Positions 1 through 7,965 of a stretch of DNA of 64,000 nt are shown piece after piece. A program made the translations under genes and the position numbers. Below the pieces are notes generated by a model that was not told the DNA's origin, searched no databases, and saw only the letters and a list, made by a program, of their open reading frames with translations. The first letter of the stretch is position 1. The number at the start of each line of letters is the position of its first letter. This DNA comes from Candidatus Sericytochromatia bacterium (GTDB lineage Bacteria > Cyanobacteriota > Sericytochromatia > S15B-MN24 > UBA4093): positions 128,001 through 192,000 of the forward strand of contig JAKFBU010000039.1 of assembly GCA_036676985.1 (NCBI GenBank), read 5' to 3'.

Positions 1-1
1 G

Positions 2-916
2 TCGCCCGACATCGCGGCGGCCGTCGACCGCGCCTGGGAGCTGCGCGGCGGCCTCTCGGACGCCGAGGTGGACGCCAAGATCGACGCCATCGGCGCCGGC
101 GACCAGGGCCTCATGTTCGGCTACGCCTGCAACGAGACCCCCGAGCTCATGCCCCTGCCCATCGCCCTGGCGCACCGCCTGGCCCGCCAGCTCACCGAGG
201 TCCGCAAGAACGGCACCCTCAGCTACCTGCGCCCCGACGGCAAGACCCAGGTCACCGTCGAGTACGACGGCCTCACGCCGGTCCGGGTCGACACCATCCT
301 CATCTCGACCCAGCATGCTCCCGAGGTCACCCAGGAGCAGATCGAGCGCGACCTCATCCAGTACGTGATCAAGCCGGTGGTCGAGGAGCAGCTCCTCAAG
401 GACACCCGCTTCCTCATCAACCCGTCCGGCCGCTTCGTCGTGGGCGGCCCCATGGGGGATGCGGGCCTCACGGGCCGCAAGATCATCGTCGACACCTACG
501 GCGGCTACGCCCGCCACGGCGGCGGCGCCTTCTCGGGCAAGGATCCCACGAAGGTCGACCGCTCGGCCGCCTACGCCGCGCGCTACGTCGCCAAGAACGT
601 GGTAGCCGCGGGTCTCGCCGACCGCTGTGAGGTCCAGGTTTCCTACGCCATCGGCGTGGCGCGTCCCACCTCGGTGATGGTCGACTGCCAGGGCACCAAC
701 CGGATCCCCGAGGAGCGCATCGAGGAGCTCATCAAGGAGCACTTCGACCTGCGTCCCGCGGGCATCATCCGCGCCCTGGACCTGCGCCGGCCCATCTACC
801 GCCAGACGGCCGCCTACGGTCACTTCGGCCGCCTCGACCTCGACCTGCCGTGGGAGCGCACGGACAAGGCCGAGACCCTCAAGAGGGCGCTCAACGGGGC
901 GGCTGCCCTCGCGTAG
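2..916 (+). CDS. metK: S-adenosylmethionine synthetase (5' truncated by window edge)
   Basis: [31 protein letters not shown] and YGHFGR signatures; frame open from base 2. Confidence 0.97.
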   Translation, partial: SPDIAAAVDRAWELRGGLSDAEVDAKIDAIGAGDQGLMFGYACNETPELMPLPIALAHRLARQLTEVRKNGTLSYLRPDGKTQVTVEYDGLTPVRVDTILISTQHAPEVTQEQIERDLIQYVIKPVVEEQLLKDTRFLINPSGRFVVGGPMGDAGLTGRKIIVDTYGGYARHGGGAFSGKDPTKVDRSAAYAARYVAKNVVAAGLADRCEVQVSYAIGVARPTSVMVDCQGTNRIPEERIEELIKEHFDLRPAGIIRALDLRRPIYRQTAAYGHFGRLDLDLPWERTDKAETLKRALNGAAALA

Positions 917-1001
917 ACCGCCCCACCTCCGAGACCGCCGGGACCGCATGGTCCCGGCGGTCTTCCTTGATCAGTGGGGCACGCGTCCCTATAATTGCGG
1001 C

Positions 1002-2195
1002 ATGTCAAAGCATCGTTCGCGCCCCGGCGTCTTTGCCGTCCGCTCTTGGGCCTGCGGCCTCGCGCTCCTCGTCACCCTGCTGGTCACCCCCGCATGGGGC
1101 GCCGAGGCCGTCGTGCGGCTCGAGTACTCCCCCATCGCGCCCGTGGGCGACGTTCGCGCCCTGCAGAGCCTCGCCTCCGACGAGTGGCTCGGCAGCCTCT
1201 ACGTGGCCTTCCCCGAGGACCTGCGTCCCAAGATCCAGCTCGTCTCCCTGGAGAACCTCGAGCACGGCGTCGCCTTCCGGATCGACGTGGCCGGCAGCGA
1301 GGCGGACCGCGCGCGGGCCGTGGCGATCGCCCGCGACCGGATCGCGGCCCTGGTCCAGGACGCCTCCCTCAGCTACGCCTACAACCTGACGACTCCGGGC
1401 GAGCCCGCCCCCCAGGCCCCGACGCCCGTGGATCCCACGCCGTTTTGGGTGGCGGGGGTGGTGGCCGTCTCGGCCCTGGCGCTCACGATCCTGCTCGTCG
1501 TCCAGCGGCGCCTCTTCCTCTCCTTGCCCCAGTTCCACGGCCTGCCCGTGCTCGGCATCCTGCCCGCGGGCATCGGCATGGGCGGCCGCTTCCTGGAGCT
1601 GCAGAGCCCTCCTAGCCAAGCGCTCGGCGTGTTCTTCCGGCGCCTGCTCGCCAAGCTGTCGCCCGGAGCGCGCGAGGCGGCCGTCTTCTCCCTGAGCAAC
1701 CTCGAGGCGAGCGCGGCGGTCACGGCGTGCCTCGCGATCGCCCTGTTGCGCGAGCGGGGACGGGTGCTGGTGGTGGATCTGGCGGGCGAGGACAGCAGCC
1801 TGCCCGCCATCCTCGAGGAGACGGACGACGCCGGCGAGTTCCCCATCGAGGGCACGCTGCGCGCGACCTCCATCTCGGACCTGGACCTGCTCACGGGCCT
1901 CAAGCCCCTGGGCTCACGCCGCCCGCCCCTGCCGCAGGAGCTGCTCGCGCGCTACCGGTGGGTCCTCTACCACGTGCCGCTTGCCGAGCCGCTCGAGCGG
2001 ACGCGGCACCTCCTGGTCCTGAGCACGGGCGAGGGCCGCAAGGAGGCCATGCGCGGCCGCTTCCTCGCCTGGTGGCGCCAGGCTAGCCTGCTCGGCACCG
2101 TGCTCGTGGGCGTCGAGGTCCCGCCGCGCATGCGCGACAGCTTCATGGCCCGCTTCTACTTCGAGAAGCTGCAGGCCCAAGAGGTCTCCGCGTGA
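1002..2195 (+). CDS. Membrane protein with Wzz/Wzc-like layout and a degenerate C-terminal P-loop (BY-kinase-like) domain
   Basis: Signal-like N-terminus, one TM helix, PVLGILP, then LAIAL..RVLVVDL without a GKS/T; ATG 1002 chosen over 948. Confidence 0.5.
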   Translation: MSKHRSRPGVFAVRSWACGLALLVTLLVTPAWGAEAVVRLEYSPIAPVGDVRALQSLASDEWLGSLYVAFPEDLRPKIQLVSLENLEHGVAFRIDVAGSEADRARAVAIARDRIAALVQDASLSYAYNLTTPGEPAPQAPTPVDPTPFWVAGVVAVSALALTILLVVQRRLFLSLPQFHGLPVLGILPAGIGMGGRFLELQSPPSQALGVFFRRLLAKLSPGAREAAVFSLSNLEASAAVTACLAIALLRERGRVLVVDLAGEDSSLPAILEETDDAGEFPIEGTLRATSISDLDLLTGLKPLGSRRPPLPQELLARYRWVLYHVPLAEPLERTRHLLVLSTGEGRKEAMRGRFLAWWRQASLLGTVLVGVEVPPRMRDSFMARFYFEKLQAQEVSA

Positions 2196-2845
2196 TCGGG
2201 GCCGCGCTCGCGCTCGCGGCCCTCAACCCCGTCCTCCTGGTGCATGGGATCGACGACACGGCGAGCGTGTTCGACGCCATGCGGCCGCGCCTGGAGGCGG
2301 CGGGCTTCCAGGTGGAGGCCTTCGACATGGTCCCGAGCAACGGGGATGCGAGCCTCGCGGTGCTCGCGCTCCAGATCCGGGATCGGGTGGAGGCCATGCG
2401 CCGGCGCACGGGCGCCGAGCGGGTGGACGTGGTGGCCTTCAGCCTCGGGGGGATCGCCTCGCGCTACTACCTGCAACGCCTCGGCGGGGCCGCGCGCGTG
2501 CAGCGCTTCGTCACCATCTCGAGCCCGCACCACGGCACGCTGACGGGCTACATCCGGAACAACCCGGGGGCCACCGAGCTGCGCATCGGCAGCGCGTTCC
2601 TCGCGGACCTCGACCGGGACTGGGAGGCGACCGCCAAGCAGGTCCAGGTGACGAGCATCTGGACGCCCTTCGATCTGATGATCGTGCCCTCCATGAGCTC
2701 GCGCCTCAAAGGGGCGACGGAGGTCTTGCTGCCGGTGGCCCTGCATCCGTGGATGCTCAAGGACGCGGGCTGCGCCCAGGCCGTCGCGGCGGCCCTGCGG
2801 CAGGATCAGTCCTCTTCCGAGTCCTCGAAGTCGTCGTCCAGGTAG
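2192..2845 (+). CDS. Alpha/beta-hydrolase, lipase/esterase (class 2 lipase-like)
   Basis: PVLLVHG, AFSLGG nucleophile elbow, SSPHHGT, D-x-M-I-V-P and LHPWM. Confidence 0.85.
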   Translation: MIGAALALAALNPVLLVHGIDDTASVFDAMRPRLEAAGFQVEAFDMVPSNGDASLAVLALQIRDRVEAMRRRTGAERVDVVAFSLGGIASRYYLQRLGGAARVQRFVTISSPHHGTLTGYIRNNPGATELRIGSAFLADLDRDWEATAKQVQVTSIWTPFDLMIVPSMSSRLKGATEVLLPVALHPWMLKDAGCAQAVAAALRQDQSSSESSKSSSR

Positions 2846-3261
2846 ACCTCGGCGAAGGACTCGCCGAACAGGCGGTCCAGGGCGCCGCGCCGGACGCCCG
2901 CGGGCTCCGCGCCCCCGAGCACGGGGCTCTCCAGGGGGTCCGAGAGCGGAATGAGGCGCAGGGTGAGGCCGTCGGAGACCAGATCGACCCAGGCGCCGCC
3001 GGCCTCGTCGGTGCCGAGCTGCATGTAGTCGAAGGCGTTGACGTTGAGGTAGAGGCGCTTGTTGAGGATGACGGTGGCCGAGCGATCGCTCGCCGCCACG
3101 TGCACGATGAGCCCCTCGCCCTGGCGGCGCAGCTGATCGTCGCGCCACTCCTGGTAGCGGACTTGACCCAGATCGCGCAGGATGCGCACCATGTCCTTGT
3201 GCTGGACGAGGACGCCCTCGTCCACGATGCACTGGAGCTGGTTGGGGTCGCGGCTGTCCAC
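2806..3261 (-). CDS. Conserved hypothetical protein resembling a cyanobacterial family
   Basis: GTG start after a GGAGGAGAGGA purine tract; CIVDEG..LRDLGQVRY..QGEG..LYLNVNAFDY..LRLIPLSDPL; acidic tail. Confidence 0.65.
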   Translation of the reverse strand: MDSRDPNQLQCIVDEGVLVQHKDMVRILRDLGQVRYQEWRDDQLRRQGEGLIVHVAASDRSATVILNKRLYLNVNAFDYMQLGTDEAGGAWVDLVSDGLTLRLIPLSDPLESPVLGGAEPAGVRRGALDRLFGESFAEVYLDDDFEDSEED

Positions 3262-3446
3262 TCCTCTCCTCCCTTCCTGGGTTCCAAAGGGTGGCGACGC
3301 GGGCACATGGAGGGGCTGTGGGTGCGATCGCCGCGTCTCGCCTGGGCTCGACGCCATCGGGTTCCCGGATTATAGCACCGTGACGCCCAGCGGGCTTAAA
3401 GAATCGTAAAGAGAGCAACCGTCCCTGTTTCATCCCCGGAGGTCCC

Positions 3447-3644
3447 ATGTACCGCTTGCTGCTGATCCTACCGCTCGCCCTCGGAGCCTGTCAGAAGGCC
3501 ACTCCGCAGGCCAGCACCACCCGCCCCCACGAGGCCGAGCGCATCCGCACCCTCACGCACGACGAGGACCTCGCGGCCCCCAAGGGGGAGGCCGACTGGT
3601 CCAAGCTCGTGCCCGCGGCCTCCCAAAGCCCCGCCGCCCGCTAA
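3447..3644 (+). CDS. Small lipoprotein
   Basis: GGAGG RBS; MYR + hydrophobic stretch + LGAC lipobox. Confidence 0.65.
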   Translation: MYRLLLILPLALGACQKATPQASTTRPHEAERIRTLTHDEDLAAPKGEADWSKLVPAASQSPAAR

Positions 3645-3806
3645 TCTAGGCCCCTCGACAGGCACCGGACCGAGGCTGTCCCTGCTTGTCCTCTTCTGGT
3701 ACACTAGAGCAAGGAATAGCAGGTGAAAAACGGCTTCTTGACGGCTTTCACCCCCTGTCTCGCTGCACTCGCTCCGTTCGGAGCGCACACCATAAGGAAG
3801 AGTTCC

Positions 3807-4889
3807 ATGGCCAAGACGATGACGGCCAACCAGGGCGTGGCGCCCCCCGCGATCCCTGAGACCATGCAGGCGGTCGTCAAGACCCGCCCGGAGCGGGGCG
3901 CGACGCTCGTCACGACGGCCGTTCCCACCATCCGCCCCGACGAGGTGCTGGTCCGGGTCCAGGCGACGACGGTCTGCGGCACCGACCTCCACCTCTTCAC
4001 CTGGGATCCCTGGTCGGCGGGCCGCGTGAAGCCGCCCCTCATCATCGGGCACGAGCTCGCGGGCGAGGTCGTGGCGGTGGGCGCGGACGTCACGACCGCC
4101 CGGATCGGCGACTACGTCTCGGCCGAGACCCACGTGGTCTGCGGCCACTGCTACCAGTGCCGCACGGGCCAGGCCCACGTCTGCGCCAACACCCGGATCC
4201 TGGGCGTGGACATCCCGGGCTGCTTCGCCGAGTACGTGGCGGTGCCGGCGGCCAACCTCTGGAAGAACGACGCAAGCCTCCCCCTGGAGTGGGCGCCGGT
4301 CCAGGAGCCCCTCGGCAACGCCGTGCACACGGTGCTCGCCGGAGACGTGGCCGGCCGGACGGTCGTCATCAACGGCTGCGGCCCCATCGGCATCCTCGCC
4401 TGCGGCGTGGCCAAGGCGGCGGGCGCGGGGGCCGTCATCGCCATCGACCTCAACGCCTACCGCCTCGATCTGGCCCGCCAGCTGGGCGCGACCGTGACCA
4501 TCAAGGCCGACGAGGAGGACGCCGTGGCACGGGTCCTCCAGGAAGTGCCGGGCGGCGTGGACGTCGTCTGCGAGATGTCCGGGCACCCGCAGGCCATGCG
4601 CGACGCCTTCAAGATGGTGCGCGCGGGCGGCCGCTACTCGATCCTGGGCATCCCCGGCAAGCCGGTGGAGCTGGACGTGGCCAACGACATCGTCATGCGC
4701 GGCGTGACGGTGCAGGGCATCACGGGCCGGCGCATGATGGACACCTGGTACCAGGTGGCCAACTTGCTGAACTCGCGCCAGCTGGATCTGGCGCCCATGA
4801 TCACCCACCGCATGCCGCTCGCCGACTTCGAGGCGGCTATGGAGCTGATGCTCTCGGGCAACTGCGGCAAGATCGTCCTGACCCCCTAA
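3807..4889 (+). CDS. tdh: L-threonine 3-dehydrogenase
   Basis: CGTDLH, GHE, CGHCYQC..C zinc site, GCGPIG, GITGRRM..TWY; adjacent to kbl. Confidence 0.93.
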   Translation: MAKTMTANQGVAPPAIPETMQAVVKTRPERGATLVTTAVPTIRPDEVLVRVQATTVCGTDLHLFTWDPWSAGRVKPPLIIGHELAGEVVAVGADVTTARIGDYVSAETHVVCGHCYQCRTGQAHVCANTRILGVDIPGCFAEYVAVPAANLWKNDASLPLEWAPVQEPLGNAVHTVLAGDVAGRTVVINGCGPIGILACGVAKAAGAGAVIAIDLNAYRLDLARQLGATVTIKADEEDAVARVLQEVPGGVDVVCEMSGHPQAMRDAFKMVRAGGRYSILGIPGKPVELDVANDIVMRGVTVQGITGRRMMDTWYQVANLLNSRQLDLAPMITHRMPLADFEAAMELMLSGNCGKIVLTP

Positions 4890-4947
4890 GATTTGCCAAG
4901 GCGAGCCTCCGGGCTCGCCTTTCGTCATGACACGCAAGGAGTCCACC

Positions 4948-6156
4948 ATGTCGTACGATCCCTTCGGCTACCTCGCCGCCGAGCTCGATGACCTCAAGGC
5001 CAGGGGCCTCTACCGCATGCCCCGGGTCCTCGAGGGCAAGCAGGAGCACGATGCCAACTTCGACGGCCGCGAGGTCGTCAACCTCAGCTCCAACAACTAC
5101 CTGGGCCTCACGACCCATCCCAAGCTCGTCGCCGCCGAGCATGCGGCCATCGACCGGTTCGGCGCGGGCTCGGGCTCGGTCCGCACCATCGCGGGCACCA
5201 TGCGCGACCACGTCATCCTCGAGGAGCGGATCGCCGCCTTCAAGCACACCGAGGCCGCCCTCATCTACCAGTCGGGCTTCACGGCCAACGCCGGCACGGT
5301 CTCGGCGGTGCTCGGCAAGGAAGACGTCATCGTCTCGGACGAGCTGAACCACGCGAGCATCATCGACGGCTGCCGCCTGAGCCGCGCCAAGATCGCCGTC
5401 TTCAAGCACGCCGACGTGGCCGACATGCGCCGGGTGCTCGAAGAGGTGAACGGCAAGTACCGCCGCACGCTCGTCATCACCGACGGCGTGTTCTCCATGG
5501 ACGGCGACATCGCGCCCCTGCCGGACATCGTGGAGGTGGCCGAGCAGTACCAGGCCATCATCATGGTGGACGACGCCCATGCCTCGGGCGTGGTCGGCAA
5601 GGAGGGCCGCGGCACGGTGGATCACTTCGGCCTGCACGGCCGGGTGCACATCCAGGTGGGCACGCTCTCCAAGGCCATCGGCTGCCTGGGCGGCTACGTG
5701 GCGGGCTCGCGCACGCTCATCGACTACCTGATCCACAAGGCGCGCCCCTTCCTGTTCTCGACCTCGCACCCGCCCGCAGTCACGGCCGCGGCCCTGGCCG
5801 CCTTCGAGCTCCTGCAGACGGACGAGGGGCACCAGCTCATCGACCAGCTCTGGGACAACACCCGCTACTTCAAGGCCGGCCTCACGCGGCTGGGCTTCAA
5901 CACGGGCAACTCGGAGACGCCCATCACCCCGGTCATCGTGGGCGACGGCGCGCTTGCCATGCAGCTCTCGGATCGGCTCTTCCAGGAGGGCGTCTTCGCC
6001 CAGGGCATCGGCTTCCCGACCGTGCCCAACGACAAGAGCCGGGTGCGCACCATCGTGACGGCCACCCACACCCGCGCGGACCTGGACCAGGCGCTCGCCG
6101 CCTTCGAGAAGGTCGGCGTGGAGCTGGGGCTGATCCAGCCCGTCGGCGCCCGCTAG
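4948..6156 (+). CDS. kbl: Glycine C-acetyltransferase (2-amino-3-ketobutyrate CoA ligase)
   Basis: SNNYLGL, NHASIIDG, DGVFSMDGD, DDAH, GTLSKA PLP lysine; operon with tdh. Confidence 0.9.
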   Translation: MSYDPFGYLAAELDDLKARGLYRMPRVLEGKQEHDANFDGREVVNLSSNNYLGLTTHPKLVAAEHAAIDRFGAGSGSVRTIAGTMRDHVILEERIAAFKHTEAALIYQSGFTANAGTVSAVLGKEDVIVSDELNHASIIDGCRLSRAKIAVFKHADVADMRRVLEEVNGKYRRTLVITDGVFSMDGDIAPLPDIVEVAEQYQAIIMVDDAHASGVVGKEGRGTVDHFGLHGRVHIQVGTLSKAIGCLGGYVAGSRTLIDYLIHKARPFLFSTSHPPAVTAAALAAFELLQTDEGHQLIDQLWDNTRYFKAGLTRLGFNTGNSETPITPVIVGDGALAMQLSDRLFQEGVFAQGIGFPTVPNDKSRVRTIVTATHTRADLDQALAAFEKVGVELGLIQPVGAR

Positions 6157-6167
6157 TCGCCGCTCGT

Positions 6168-6210
6168 GCGAGGCCCGGGAGGAATTCCTCCCGGGCCTCG
6201 CGTCGTTTTT
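6168..6210 (+). terminator. Intrinsic terminator after kbl
   Basis: Perfect palindrome gcgaggcccgggagg-aatt-cctcccgggcctcgc followed by a T run. Confidence 0.8.
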
Positions 6211-6292
6211 AAACGAAAGCTCCGGGAAAGTTAACGGAAAGATTACCGATTTTCCCGCCGATGGGCCGACATTCCCGTAGGAGTGTGTGCCC

Positions 6293-7210
6293 ATGATTCA
6301 GCAGCAAGCCAACGCCTATACCTACTATCCGCCGTATCCGGCGGGGCCCACGGTGCCCATGGCGCCGGCGGCTCCGGTCCCGATGGGACCCATCGCCGCC
6401 GTTCCGGTTCCGGCGCCGACCTACGGACAGATGCTGGATCAGATGCACTTTTTGTCGTCGCAGGCGCCGGCCGCCCCCGTGGCGCCGACGCCCATCCCGG
6501 CGCCCACCCTGATGGGGCGCTTCAGCAAGCTCGTGGACAAGCTGCGCAAGCCCAAGAGCAAGCCCACGGCCCCGCCGGCCCCGACTCCGCCCAAGGCCGA
6601 AGAGCCCAAGGCCGAAGAGCCGAAGCCGCCCAAGCCGAAACCCCAGCCGCCGAAGCCGCAGCCGCCGAAGCCCAAGGCGCCGCCCGCGGACACGGCGCGC
6701 TACTTCCACGCGCAGTACCGCAGCGCCTCCAACACCAACGAGGACGCCGCCCGGAATGGGAACTGCGGTCCCACGAGCCTGACGATGATCGCCGAGGCCT
6801 TCAAGAAGATCAAGGTGACGCCATCGTCCGCCAACTCGGCCATCGAGGAGACGCGCCGCCGCATGGGGGCTGGGACCTCGCAGTCCAGCGAGTACGAAGG
6901 CACGAGCTATGAGCAGCTGCTCCGCGGCGCCAAGAGTTACGGGCTCGACGCCAAGGTCTACTACGGCAAGATCGACGTCCTCAAGAAGGAGCTCGCCAAG
7001 GGCCGGCTCGTCATCGCGCACCTGCGGCCGAGCTACCTCTTCCCGGGCACGACCTCGGGCCACTACGCGGTGGTGACGAAGGTCGCGGGCGGCAAGGTCT
7101 ACATGAACGACCCGGCGAATCCGAAGGGCCAGACGGTCCTCTCGGAGTCCACCTTCCTGCGCGCCCAGCGGGAGCGCGGGGCCTACGGGCTGGTGTCGGT
7201 CGGCCCCTAG
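6293..7210 (+). CDS. C39-like cysteine peptidase with Pro-rich N-terminal region
   Basis: NCGPTSLTM (Cys), GHYAVV (His), MNDP (Asp); PKPKPQPP linker; AGGAG RBS. Confidence 0.8.
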   Translation: MIQQQANAYTYYPPYPAGPTVPMAPAAPVPMGPIAAVPVPAPTYGQMLDQMHFLSSQAPAAPVAPTPIPAPTLMGRFSKLVDKLRKPKSKPTAPPAPTPPKAEEPKAEEPKPPKPKPQPPKPQPPKPKAPPADTARYFHAQYRSASNTNEDAARNGNCGPTSLTMIAEAFKKIKVTPSSANSAIEETRRRMGAGTSQSSEYEGTSYEQLLRGAKSYGLDAKVYYGKIDVLKKELAKGRLVIAHLRPSYLFPGTTSGHYAVVTKVAGGKVYMNDPANPKGQTVLSESTFLRAQRERGAYGLVSVGP

Positions 7211-7842
7211 CCCCCAACTCCCTTGCACGGGCCGAAGCTCATGCGATGCTGCGGGCAAACGCCATGGCGGGCGATCGCCTCCAGATGCTCCTCGGTCGGG
7301 TACCCCTTGTGGCGGTCGAAGCCGTAAACCGGATACTTGGCATGCATCCGGAACATGAGGGCGTCGCGGTGGACCTTGGCGATCACCGAGGCCGCCGCGA
7401 TGGTTATGGAACGGCCGTCACCCTTCACCAGCGCATCCTGCTTGGCCCGGAGCCCGGGAATCTTGAGGTGTCCGTCCACGAGCAGGCGATCGGGCGGCAC
7501 GTCCTTGCGGACCTTGCGGACCGCCCGGGCCATGGCGGCGTGCGTGGCCCCCAGGATGTTGCGGCGATCGATCTCGGCGACGCTGCCCTCCACGATGGCC
7601 CAGGCGAGGGCGACCTCGCGCACGACGGCCGCGAAGTGCTCGCGCTTCGCCGCGGAGAGCTTCTTGGAGTCCGTCAGGCCGTTGAGCCGCGCGCGAATGG
7701 CCGCGTACTCCGGGTGGTCCGGACCCGGCAGGATCACGCAGGCGACGACCACCGGGCCCGCCAGGGGGCCGCGCCCGACCTCGTCGACGCCCGCGAGGTG
7801 GCGCTCACCCGCTTGCCAGTAACCTTCTTCGATGTCCCACAT
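7207..7842 (-). CDS. rnhB: Ribonuclease HII
   Basis: GVDEVGRGPLAGPV, DSKKL, VKGD..IAAASVIAKV, HKGYPT; the true gene is the 3' end of the 1040-aa shadow ORF. Confidence 0.95.
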   Translation of the reverse strand: MWDIEEGYWQAGERHLAGVDEVGRGPLAGPVVVACVILPGPDHPEYAAIRARLNGLTDSKKLSAAKREHFAAVVREVALAWAIVEGSVAEIDRRNILGATHAAMARAVRKVRKDVPPDRLLVDGHLKIPGLRAKQDALVKGDGRSITIAAASVIAKVHRDALMFRMHAKYPVYGFDRHKGYPTEEHLEAIARHGVCPQHRMSFGPCKGVGG

Positions 7843-7965
7843 GCGCGTTCCCTCGATTGGTCGCAAGGCCCATTGTAGCCGAAGTTTGCGGCCCTCGCAG
7901 CACCCGTCCTGTCCTTGGCTCGCTTGGAGCGGCGTGTTACACTTCGCAAAAAAGGACTGCGCGCG

